Shown: one piece after another, positions 1 through 8,304 of the stretch
Layout: each line of letters opens with the position of its first letter
How positions within the stretch are numbered: the stretch's first letter is position 1
From: Candidatus Saccharibacteria bacterium UBA1235
GTDB lineage: Bacteria > Patescibacteriota > Saccharimonadia > Saccharimonadales > Saccharimonadaceae
Length of the DNA stretch: 64,000 bases
NCBI GenBank assembly: GCA_002309075.1
Contig: DBWP01000015.1
Coordinates: forward strand, 1,612 to 65,611
Reading direction: 5' to 3'
The notes under the pieces: generated by a model
What the model was told of the DNA's origin: nothing
Seen by the model: only the letters and a program-made list of their open reading frames with translations
Databases searched by the model: none
Position numbers and translations under genes: made by a program

Positions 1-48
1 GGTCGAAAATAAATAATTTGATATAATATATATATTATAAGGAGGCTG

Positions 49-993
49 ATGAAAAAAACATTAATTAAGAAATGTCATTACATATTAACGCTCGGAGTTC
101 TTTTGTTTGGCTCGCTCTTCACTGGATACCTAGTACAGCCAGTAAGCGCTATCGATAATACGGCTACGAGTTTCATGATGTCACCAATGTATGAAAAAAT
201 ATCTTTAAACCCTGGTGAAAATTATTCTAGTAGCTTCACAATCACAACCCCTTCACAAGCGACCTCTGATTTCCATTATAAAGTATCCGTTCAAAGCTAC
301 TATCGCGACGAAAACAACAGTGCAATTTTCGAAGATGTTGATGGTCGCGGCCAAATGAAAGACTGGATCAAGTTGAACTCTCCAGATACCGGAGTCTTAA
401 AACCGAACGGATACGCAGTTATTAACTTTACAATCAAGGTACCAAAAACCGCCCCAGCTGGCGGACAATATGCCGTTATCACCGTTGGCTCGGCAACGTC
501 AGAAGTTCCCGATAATCAAGGGGTCAATATCCAAGAATCTGTCGCTATCGGTTACACAATCTATGCTGAAATAACCGGTACAACTATCAAGCAAGGTGAA
601 ATCATCGACGCCAACGTCCCTAGTTTCCTCTTTTCTGGCAAAATATCTGGTACTTCTGCTATCAAAAACACAGGTAACGTACATAGCGATGCAACCTATA
701 AGCTACAAGTCTTCCCTCTTTTCTCCGATGAAGAAGTTTATACCAACGAAGAAAAACCAGACACGCGTCTAGTTCTTCCAAACCGCACCGTTTATAACGA
801 AACCACCTGGGACGAAACCCCTTGGTTTGGCATTTTTAATGTCGTATATACGGTAGAATTTGAAGGCGTAGAGTCTCAAGTTAGTAAAATGGTCATCGTC
901 TGCCCTCTCTGGCTCTTGTCTATCATAGTCCTAGCCATCATCGCATTGATCATCTGGGGTGTCATGACATTCAAAAAACGCCACAACGCCTAA
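49..993 (+). CDS. DUF916/DUF3324-like (WxL-interacting protein-like) surface protein with C-terminal TM anchor
   Basis: Signal peptide; MSPMYEKISLNPGE...F-I-N N-domain and a second Ig-like domain (IKNTGNVH); C-terminal TM plus KKR; GGAGG RBS. Family call from recalled resemblance. Confidence 0.65.
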   Translation: MKKTLIKKCHYILTLGVLLFGSLFTGYLVQPVSAIDNTATSFMMSPMYEKISLNPGENYSSSFTITTPSQATSDFHYKVSVQSYYRDENNSAIFEDVDGRGQMKDWIKLNSPDTGVLKPNGYAVINFTIKVPKTAPAGGQYAVITVGSATSEVPDNQGVNIQESVAIGYTIYAEITGTTIKQGEIIDANVPSFLFSGKISGTSAIKNTGNVHSDATYKLQVFPLFSDEEVYTNEEKPDTRLVLPNRTVYNETTWDETPWFGIFNVVYTVEFEGVESQVSKMVIVCPLWLLSIIVLAIIALIIWGVMTFKKRHNA

Positions 994-1000
994 AGTCAAC

Positions 1001-1031
1001 AAAAAAATCCCCCTCCTAAAGGGGATTTTTT
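1001..1031. terminator. Bidirectional intrinsic terminator
   Basis: aaaaatcccc...ggggattttt hairpin between convergent genes. Confidence 0.8.
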
Positions 1032-2052
1032 ATATATTATCTTTTAACCAATTAGAAAACGCCTCATAGTTATTATATTCATCTGCATCTTCTTCTGCAT
1101 CCGCTTTTAGCCACGCTGTCACTTCCCCATCTTTAATCACCGCGACCGACGGATAATATTTCACAAAATCATGAAGCGAAGTCTTTTTAACATCCTCGAA
1201 CATGATTTTATACATAGAAACACCCGTCTTTTTTGAATAATCCTTGATATATCCAGCCAAATACTCTGCAGTTGAACATCCAACTTGGTCAACAAATAAT
1301 AAAAATGACTGCCCCTCTTTTACCATCTTGTCATAAGTCTCCGCCGAAATTTTCACCAACCCCGTCGAAGGAACCGGCGTCAAAGCAGAAAAATCAATCT
1401 CATGATACGGTACTTTATAAAAATCGTAGACAACCTTACCGTCCGCTGTCGTTCGCTTCACTGGAACATTAAAATCTCCCTCATAGAACCAATACCCCCC
1501 AACCACATAGATCTGTGACTCATCCCATCCTAAAGAAACCAGCATCTTCTTCATCATTCCAGCATATCCCCCACCCCCACACATCAAGAAAAGCTTTTTA
1601 TCTTTCGGGAATAAACTCTCTAAAATCGCAAATGATTCCACGTAGTTCGCTTTATAAACCCCGTCTTTCTCCGTAAACAACGTTGGACCAGTATAAGTTT
1701 TTCCAACTGCCTCTGGTAAACCAGAGACATTTACGATATAAGGAAAAGGCACGACCTCAAATCCATTCACAAACCCCGAAAGATACGAATCGCCTCCAAT
1801 CGCCTCATAATTTCCCGGATCTTTAAGCATCCTAAGATCAATATAAACCGCATCTTCCCGCCCTAGATATTGGTCAATCGTACTCTCATTGATATTCTTA
1901 TCAATCCCAAGTTCACCCCGTTGCCCCTCTGTAACCTCTGGCGCTGGCAAATTCGGCAACCCCCTATACGGAAACGCAAATCGCCCCAGTAAAAATGCTA
2001 ATACGGCTAAAACTACCGCTGATGTTATTGAGATCCATAAAAATTTCTTCAT
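1030..2052 (-). CDS. Membrane-anchored rhodanese-like domain fused to a thioredoxin-like domain
   Basis: N-terminal TM; YIDLR and LMCGGGGYA rhodanese-type motifs; C-terminal FLLFVDQVGC...YYPSVAVIKDG thioredoxin-fold pattern. Confidence 0.6.
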   Translation of the reverse strand: MKKFLWISITSAVVLAVLAFLLGRFAFPYRGLPNLPAPEVTEGQRGELGIDKNINESTIDQYLGREDAVYIDLRMLKDPGNYEAIGGDSYLSGFVNGFEVVPFPYIVNVSGLPEAVGKTYTGPTLFTEKDGVYKANYVESFAILESLFPKDKKLFLMCGGGGYAGMMKKMLVSLGWDESQIYVVGGYWFYEGDFNVPVKRTTADGKVVYDFYKVPYHEIDFSALTPVPSTGLVKISAETYDKMVKEGQSFLLFVDQVGCSTAEYLAGYIKDYSKKTGVSMYKIMFEDVKKTSLHDFVKYYPSVAVIKDGEVTAWLKADAEEDADEYNNYEAFSNWLKDNI

Positions 2053-2064
2053 ACTAAAAGTATA

Positions 2065-2766
2065 TCACAAAATCCCTATCGCAGGTTCATTCGGACAAGT
2101 CGTAAGAACCCCTGAAATCGCCTCTTTTTCCGCCTCTGTTACCCATAAACCATACTTATATTTCACCGAAACCTGCCTCGCCACATATTGACATCGAAAT
2201 TTCTTGTTCTCTGGTAGCCAAGTCGCCGCATCTCCATCCGATTTCTTTTCATTCGCCGGCCCATCCACCGCCAACAAATTCAAAGGATCCGTCGCGATAT
2301 TATATCGAACCTCTTTATCTTTATATTGCGCCCCTTTTTGCCAAGCGTCAGAAAGCGCCACCACATGATCAATCTGAAGCTTCGAAATCTCCTCTTTATT
2401 TGTAAAAACTCGGTGCTCGCCCGTATAAGGTTCGTCAAATTCACCCCCAATAACCGTACATCCATCAAGCACCGCAGAACCCCCAAATTCCCGCCGAATA
2501 ATCCGCTGACGCAAAGAACATCCATCTACCGTCGGCCACCCGTTATAAAACGCCGTCCTCTTATAACCAGTCTTCGGAGCCCGCCCTTTAACCTCTAAAC
2601 GCTCCAAAACCTCCGACGCAAGTAACGTAGACTCGGATTCACCCCCGTTATTCTCAGCCTCCGCAACAAAAGTCGTCTCGTAGCTTTCGGGATTCACCAC
2701 CAGCCACGTTATAACCCCTATAAGAGCCATAAAAACGACAACCAGTCTCCGCACCTTCCATTTCAT
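2065..2766 (-). CDS. Secreted or anchored DUF1524 HNH-type nuclease
   Basis: IDHVVALSDAW, NLLAVDGPANEKKSD, CQYVARQVSVKYKYGLWV motifs; start moved to the ATG just after TGGTATAAT. Confidence 0.8.
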   Translation of the reverse strand: MKWKVRRLVVVFMALIGVITWLVVNPESYETTFVAEAENNGGESESTLLASEVLERLEVKGRAPKTGYKRTAFYNGWPTVDGCSLRQRIIRREFGGSAVLDGCTVIGGEFDEPYTGEHRVFTNKEEISKLQIDHVVALSDAWQKGAQYKDKEVRYNIATDPLNLLAVDGPANEKKSDGDAATWLPENKKFRCQYVARQVSVKYKYGLWVTEAEKEAISGVLTTCPNEPAIGIL

Positions 2767-2785
2767 AAAAAAATTATACCATAAA

Positions 2786-2813
2786 AAAATACTAGACATC
2801 TGCCTAGTATTTT
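2786..2813 (-). terminator. Intrinsic terminator of the 2812-3390 gene
   Basis: aaaatactag...ctagtatttt inverted repeat. Confidence 0.65.
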
Positions 2814-3390
2814 ACTTTTTTACCGATTTTTTCGCCGGTTTTTTCGTCTTTTTTGCAGTTTTCTTCGCTGTTTTCTTCTGTGTAGGCTTTTTCGCGGACT
2901 TTTTCGCTGGTTTTTTCCCGGTTTTAGGTCTTTTCATAAAGCTAAAAACCGCCACTACGATTATTACGGCCGCTACAACCACCCCTGTTGCGAGATGTGC
3001 AGCTATCGAAATTGCCCCGCTATCTAAACCAGTCGCAGAACTTACGACCTCTAGAGTTTCCGTCGCTTCTTGAGGTTTTTCCGCCTCTTTCGCATCTTCC
3101 GTCGCCTCTGTTATAATAGTAACTTCCTCTGGCGCCGCCTCTGTAGTTTTATCAGCAGACTCAGCCGTTTTAACTGCCTGTTTAGGCGTTTTCTTAGTTT
3201 GCTTGGCTGCCGGCGCCGTCTCTGTTACGGTCTGCTCGTTTTCTATGGAAACCGCTGGCTCTGCCATTTCTTCGCCTATTTCTCTATATTCAAATTCTGA
3301 ACCTTTTTCATTTTCGCCCCCGTTCTTACTATATGTAAAAACAGCCCCTTCAGCGTTACCAGTTAAAACTGTTTCTACATTTTTTTCCAT
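2812..3390 (-). CDS. Hypothetical single-TM protein with acidic N-region and Lys/Ala/Pro-rich basic tail
   Basis: 192-aa ORF; TM at about aa 125-152; tail KKPAKKSAKKPTQKKTAKKTAKK; consensus promoter upstream. Confidence 0.75.
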   Translation of the reverse strand: MEKNVETVLTGNAEGAVFTYSKNGGENEKGSEFEYREIGEEMAEPAVSIENEQTVTETAPAAKQTKKTPKQAVKTAESADKTTEAAPEEVTIITEATEDAKEAEKPQEATETLEVVSSATGLDSGAISIAAHLATGVVVAAVIIVVAVFSFMKRPKTGKKPAKKSAKKPTQKKTAKKTAKKTKKPAKKSVKK

Positions 3391-3400
3391 AATATACTAC

Positions 3401-3433
3401 CATTATAGCACACATTACCATTTTTGTCAAGAT
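3401..3433 (-). promoter_or_regulatory. Sigma70-type promoter TTGACA-N17-TATAAT
   Basis: Minus strand reads atcTTGACAaaaatggtaatgtgTGcTATAATg. Confidence 0.85.
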
Positions 3434-3471
3434 AAACTAGTTGGTCATCCAGATATAGCGTTTAGTCTTTG

Positions 3472-5497
3472 CTATTTAGCTACGCAACGAACCGCTGCCC
3501 CAATGCGTTTATTAGAAGAAGCAATCTGTCCTGACGCTATTCTATACGCGAAATTACTATCATCGACAGTGGAAGTCCAATAGCTCCCACCGATATCAGT
3601 AGAATACGAACCATTCATATAGTGACCAGAGTTGAAGAGAGACAAAGCGGCGAAATTAGTATTTATTAAAGTATCATATTCCGCAGAAGATAACAATCTC
3701 CAACCTTTAGGGCAAATGTCTGAGGTTGCGTTTTGCCCATCCGTACCTATACTCGCCCCTGTACCGGCAGTTGCCGCCGCATAAGAGTAATAACTATAAC
3801 ACGGGGAGTTATTGACGCACTTCGTAGTGTTAGTATTATAAACATATTGTTGTCTATTAGTACTGAAATCTATACTAGAAGCCGGAAGAACATAATTGGA
3901 TACCACATTAGAATCAGCTGGGGTTAAAGTTGTTTTACCGGCAAGGTCCAAATTTGTTGTCATATAATAAAAGCCGCCAATATTCGTAACGCTATATTTT
4001 TTACCATCACGTCCATCTACGAGGGTGGTAGAATCGCCATCGTTTGGCATCAACTCCGCAAGTTCCACGCTTGTTATATTCTGCATTGTTGGGCCGTTGT
4101 AAATGCAGCGTACAGAAACGCCGTTAGGGCGGTTGCCGTTCTTTTGTAAAATAATACTCGATGGGTAGACGAAGAGACGGTACATACCAGTGCTACCATA
4201 ATATGTGGAAGACCAGAAGGAGCCATACTCGCCTTTGCTACTAACTGACCCCTCGTTGAAATAGCCAGAAAGAGAAGCCTTAAGAGCTAGAACGAAGTTT
4301 GTATCGTTACTAGAATAGGCTGCGTAAAGAGCCTGGTATTCACCGGATGACGACCCTCCGGTTGGCAATCTCCAGCCCTTAGGGCAAATATCTTCTGTGG
4401 CGTTACCTGATGGAGAGCCTGAGCTTGTTCCGTTACCATAACAGTAAGAGCCTGCTGATGCGGCACAAAAATTATAATAGACTCCTATTTTGCCCGTTAC
4501 GCTAGTTTGTCCCATAGCGACAGGTTGGGTTTGGTCCTTATTTACAGCACTAGAGAGAGGAACCGAATAGCTATAAGAACTAGTCCAGCTCGAGGCCCCA
4601 GCCGTAGCGTACTGGTTTCCCGCCGAACGATTACCACTCTTCAGGCTAATTAACGAAGCCTCAGAGGCGTTAGTGTTGGAAGTAGTAATATTATTTAAGA
4701 TTGTGCTATTAATAAGATCCAACGCAAGATTATCTAGCATCCAATAGTTACCATCGGCGAGTTTCCCAATCGTGTATTTTGTTCCGTCGCGTTCGTCTTT
4801 TACCGTAGCCGTAGATCCGCTAGTTGGAAGAAGACTAGCAAGCGTCGAAGCCGTCATATTTTGCATAACTGGCGTCGGGTCTGGGTTTGCAGTTACGGCG
4901 AAAGTGATGGTGGATTGGTAGGTGCCTGGAGTTTGGGATGCGTTGATTCTGGAGCCGAAGGAAATACTGGTGGTATCGCCAGTGGTTACGGTGTCTAGGC
5001 TATTTAGGTTTATGGTGGTTGGAATAGGGAGATAGTTAGTTGCAGTTTGGGTGGTGGTGTTAGTGTTAATCTTATAGCCCCAGTGGTTTACAGTAAAATC
5101 ACAAGTTGCTGCAGTTTGTATTGTACATGTGTAGCCTCCGTCTTTTGGAGCGAGGGTTGGGATGATGTTAGAACTATCTTCTTTTGATACTAGATTAGTG
5201 TTTGGTATGTTCATGACGAGGTTATAGCCCCATTCATTACTGGTTGCAACACTTACTATAACGTTCTTTTCATTAAAGCCGGCAGAAGAAAGAGAGGATG
5301 GGGCGACATTCATGGAAGTAGTGCTTCCCATAGCTACACCGTCAGAATTGAAGAGCTTTACTTCCAGGATTTCGCCTTCTGGAATGGTGACGGAGAAATC
5401 GTAGGCGGAAACATTAGGAGAAAAGTTTGGTAATAATCCCAATAAAAAAGCTATACATATAATATACCCCCCCCCCGATAGCTATTTTTTTGATCAT
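3472..5497 (-). CDS. Surface protein with WxL-like N-domain and two Fib_succ_major (FISUMP) domains; frameshifted at a G10 tract in the signal peptide
   Basis: KDERDG..Y.I.KLADGNYWM..NL, YYN.CAA.AG, DICPKGWRLP and SVRC motifs occur twice. ATG at 5497 with GAGGT RBS is one base out of frame with the 656-aa ORF; G9 restores MIKKIAIGGGYIICIAFLLGLLPNFSPNVSA. Confidence 0.8.
4081..4880 (-). repeat. Paralogous segment shared with about 36500-37290 (first FISUMP domain)
   Basis: Near-identical nucleotide stretches, e.g. ttatctagcatccaatagttaccatcggcgagttt versus ttatctagcatccagtagttaccatcggcgagttt. Confidence 0.85.
5467..5476 (-). repeat. G10 homopolymer (C10 on plus strand) in signal-peptide coding region
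   Basis: aatata-cccccccccc-gata on plus strand. Confidence 0.9.
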
Positions 5498-5614
5498 TTT
5501 TACCTCGTGGTTATGAAATAATTATAACATAAACAAAAACCAAACGTGTTATAATTATCTCATGGGTCTAAAACCAGCACGTTATAGCTGATAAAGGAAT
5601 GTTCGGGGGTAAAA

Positions 5615-5710
5615 ATGAGAAAAATTTTTATTGCGTTCTCTATTGTAATTTCCGTATCTTTTTTAATTACGGCGTCAATATCGCTTCTCATCACGGCTCT
5701 TGTAGCCTAA
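5615..5710 (+). CDS. Unannotated 31-aa hydrophobic small protein MRKIFIAFSIVISVSFLITASISLLITALVA
   Basis: GGGGT RBS 4 nt before ATG; upstream TGtTATAAT; terminator directly after the stop. Confidence 0.55.
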   Translation: MRKIFIAFSIVISVSFLITASISLLITALVA

Positions 5711-5720
5711 TCAGCCTTAG

Positions 5721-5745
5721 CCGCGGCCTTTACGCCGCGGTTTTT
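5721..5745 (+). terminator. Intrinsic terminator after the small ORF
   Basis: ccgcggc...gccgcgg followed by ttttt. Confidence 0.75.
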
Positions 5746-5764
5746 CCATGGTATAATAACAGAT

Positions 5765-6754
5765 ATGAATTTAAAGATCGGGATCGTCGGCCTCCCAAAT
5801 GTCGGCAAGTCAACTTTATTTAACGCTTTAACAAACGCTGGCGCGCTTGCTGCCAACTATCCTTTTGCAACCATCGAACCAAACGTCGGCATCGTTCCCG
5901 TCCCTGACGAACGGCTTGATGTTCTTGCTAAAATGTACGAAACCGAAAAAATCGTCCCTGCAACTGTCGAATTTGTCGATATTGCCGGCTTAGTCCAAGG
6001 TGCTTCTAAGGGTGAGGGCCTCGGAAATAAATTCCTTGCACACATTCGCGAATGCCAAGCAATTTGCCATGTCGTCCGCGCTTTTGTAAATAATGATATC
6101 GTCCGGGCCGATAATAAAATCGAAGAAGATATTCTTACTCAGGCCAAAGATGATATCGACATCATCAATCTAGAGCTTCAACTCGCCGACGAAGAAACTA
6201 AAGCGAAAATCGAAGCTAAACGCAAAAAAGACCCAGCCGACGAAAATATTCCATACTTAACCGAAAAGCCAGTTATTTATATGTTTAATGTCGACGAAAG
6301 TGGGCTAACTGACAAGGATCTTCAAGCCAAACTTCGCGATCTCGTCAAGCCAGCTTCTGCAATCTTCGTTAATGCCAAGCTCGAAGAGGAAATGTCCGGC
6401 ATGGATCGGAACGAACGCAAAGAATTTTTAGAAAGCTACGGTGTTGAAGACGACGCACTCGGCGAACTTATCAAAGCCGCCTATGACACATTAGGACTTC
6501 AATCCTTCCTTACCGCCGGCAAAAAAGAATGCCGCGCCTGGACTATTAAAAAAGGTTCGACCGCTCCAGAAGCTGCTGGCGCTATCCATTCCGATTTCGA
6601 ACGCGGTTTTATCGCTGCAAATATTTGCAATTATGATGATCTAAAAACCCTCGGTTCTGAGCAGGCCGTAAAACAAGCTGGCAAACTCCGAACCGAAGGT
6701 AAAACTTATATTATGCAAGACGGTGACGTCGTTGAATTTAAATTTAACGTTTAA
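5765..6754 (+). CDS. ychF: Redox-regulated ATPase YchF (shortened)
   Basis: GIVGLPNVGKSTLFNALT, ANYPFATIEPN, DIAGLV, C-terminal TGS domain. Confidence 0.97.
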   Translation: MNLKIGIVGLPNVGKSTLFNALTNAGALAANYPFATIEPNVGIVPVPDERLDVLAKMYETEKIVPATVEFVDIAGLVQGASKGEGLGNKFLAHIRECQAICHVVRAFVNNDIVRADNKIEEDILTQAKDDIDIINLELQLADEETKAKIEAKRKKDPADENIPYLTEKPVIYMFNVDESGLTDKDLQAKLRDLVKPASAIFVNAKLEEEMSGMDRNERKEFLESYGVEDDALGELIKAAYDTLGLQSFLTAGKKECRAWTIKKGSTAPEAAGAIHSDFERGFIAANICNYDDLKTLGSEQAVKQAGKLRTEGKTYIMQDGDVVEFKFNV

Positions 6755-8271
6755 AGCCCCGTTACGCTTGAAATGTCGTCGATCCCGATATTTTGATTCG
6801 TTGCATCAAGTCCAGTCGCCGAGACATTAACTTTTGCACCATTTTCACCAGCAACGCCCCATTCACCCGTGCCGGAAGCCAAGATAAAGTATCCATCGTT
6901 ATAGAAGCTTGCCGTCACATCAGTGAGAGAAATTTCCGCCGTCGTATTCGTTACAAAGAAAAGTGGCGCCATCGAATAAACACTCGACGAAGACAAAATC
7001 GTCAATGTCGAATTCGTCGCTGTAAACGAACCAGTTCCCTCGTTTGCATCGCCCGACATCGATTGGTAAATCATCACGGCTGCATTATCTACGCCGTTAC
7101 GATTCCCTATTCCGTTTGTCGAAAAGTCGCAATCATTTAGCGTAATTGAATTCTTTCCTTCTACAACCGCAATTTGCGCACCATTTGCTGTGCCAGTAGA
7201 GTTAGAAACTGTAATATTGCCAGTAGAGTAAATTAGTGGCGATCCAGCACCTTCCGTAGAAAGAGTTGCATTCGTAACTGTCACCGTCCCTTCGCCGCGA
7301 TCAGTTGCAAGCGCAGCCGACGAACCACCCTGAGTTGCGATCGTCACCGTATCCGCCGTAATTGTTCCGCCGAAAGTTGCATGAAGCCCTCTAGAACCGC
7401 TTAAAACAGTTTCGATCGTAGTATTTTGGACATCAGCTGTGCCACCATTTGTTGCAACTACCGCGTTTGCACCTGAAGTTAAAGTTGTAATTGTTGCGCC
7501 ATTAATCGTTACCGAAGATTCAGCCCCAGCCACTACGATCGCCGAGTTCAAGCCATAAAAGCTATAATCATCATTCTGGCCTTCAGAATCAGCAGTTCCG
7601 GTTTTCTTAATATTCACATCCCCCTGGATCGTTAAAGAACCACCGTTCACAACCAAGAACACTACCTGGTTATCGGCTGCCGATTCATACGTCCCAGATC
7701 CAATCGTCGCTTCAATCCCATCTACTAAATATGCTGCGGAATAATTAACGATTTGGTCGCCAAACGCCACTTCCGCTGTGCCAGCAGACAATTCCGTATT
7801 TACTATCGGCTCAGAATCCTCTGTGTTATCAGATATATTGTCAGAAATATTACCATTATTGTTAGAATTATTGTTTGGTTTTGCCACATTCATTACAACA
7901 AGCATTATAATTATCAACACGACTAAAACTCCAGCCGCCGCTGCTAAGATAATTGTTAACTTATTATCTTTTTTAGGTGGTTCCACTAGCTGCATTTGCA
8001 TTGGATTTTCAACCGGCTGCGTTGATTGGCCCGCCGGCTCGCTCGTCAAAACCGGCATCGCCGGCGTCGCTGGTGTCGTTGGCTCGGCTGGAGCAACTGG
8101 TTCAACCGGAGCAACTGGTTCAACCGGAGCTGGAGTGACCGGCATCGTGGGAGCCGATTCTACCGGAGCCGGCTCGACTGGCTCAACTGGTGGCTCAACT
8201 GGCTCAGCCGGCGCTGGATTTGGCGTTATTGTGTTATTATTCAAGTTATTTTCAATGTCATTATTATCCAT
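6751..8271 (-). CDS. Membrane protein with Pro-rich N-terminal repeats, TM and extracellular beta-helix-like domain
   Basis: PVEP repeats, TM at about aa 105-130, repetitive beta-solenoid-like G/T/N/A-rich region. Confidence 0.7.
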   Translation of the reverse strand: MDNNDIENNLNNNTITPNPAPAEPVEPPVEPVEPAPVESAPTMPVTPAPVEPVAPVEPVAPAEPTTPATPAMPVLTSEPAGQSTQPVENPMQMQLVEPPKKDNKLTIILAAAAGVLVVLIIIMLVVMNVAKPNNNSNNNGNISDNISDNTEDSEPIVNTELSAGTAEVAFGDQIVNYSAAYLVDGIEATIGSGTYESAADNQVVFLVVNGGSLTIQGDVNIKKTGTADSEGQNDDYSFYGLNSAIVVAGAESSVTINGATITTLTSGANAVVATNGGTADVQNTTIETVLSGSRGLHATFGGTITADTVTIATQGGSSAALATDRGEGTVTVTNATLSTEGAGSPLIYSTGNITVSNSTGTANGAQIAVVEGKNSITLNDCDFSTNGIGNRNGVDNAAVMIYQSMSGDANEGTGSFTATNSTLTILSSSSVYSMAPLFFVTNTTAEISLTDVTASFYNDGYFILASGTGEWGVAGENGAKVNVSATGLDATNQNIGIDDISSVTGL

Positions 8272-8304
8272 AATAATAATTATACACTAAAAGCATAAAA
8301 AGTT

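Noticed and set aside
5599-5823. 74-aa ORF from the track overlapping ychF
   Set aside because: It crosses a terminator and the ychF promoter; the 31-aa ORF in another frame has the better RBS and terminator context.
8085-8215. 18-bp tandem repeats
   Set aside because: They encode the Pro-rich PVEPVA linker; ordinary low-complexity coding repeat.
7778-8290. 170-aa plus-strand ORF
   Set aside because: Antisense shadow of the Pro-rich repeats of the 6751-8271 gene.
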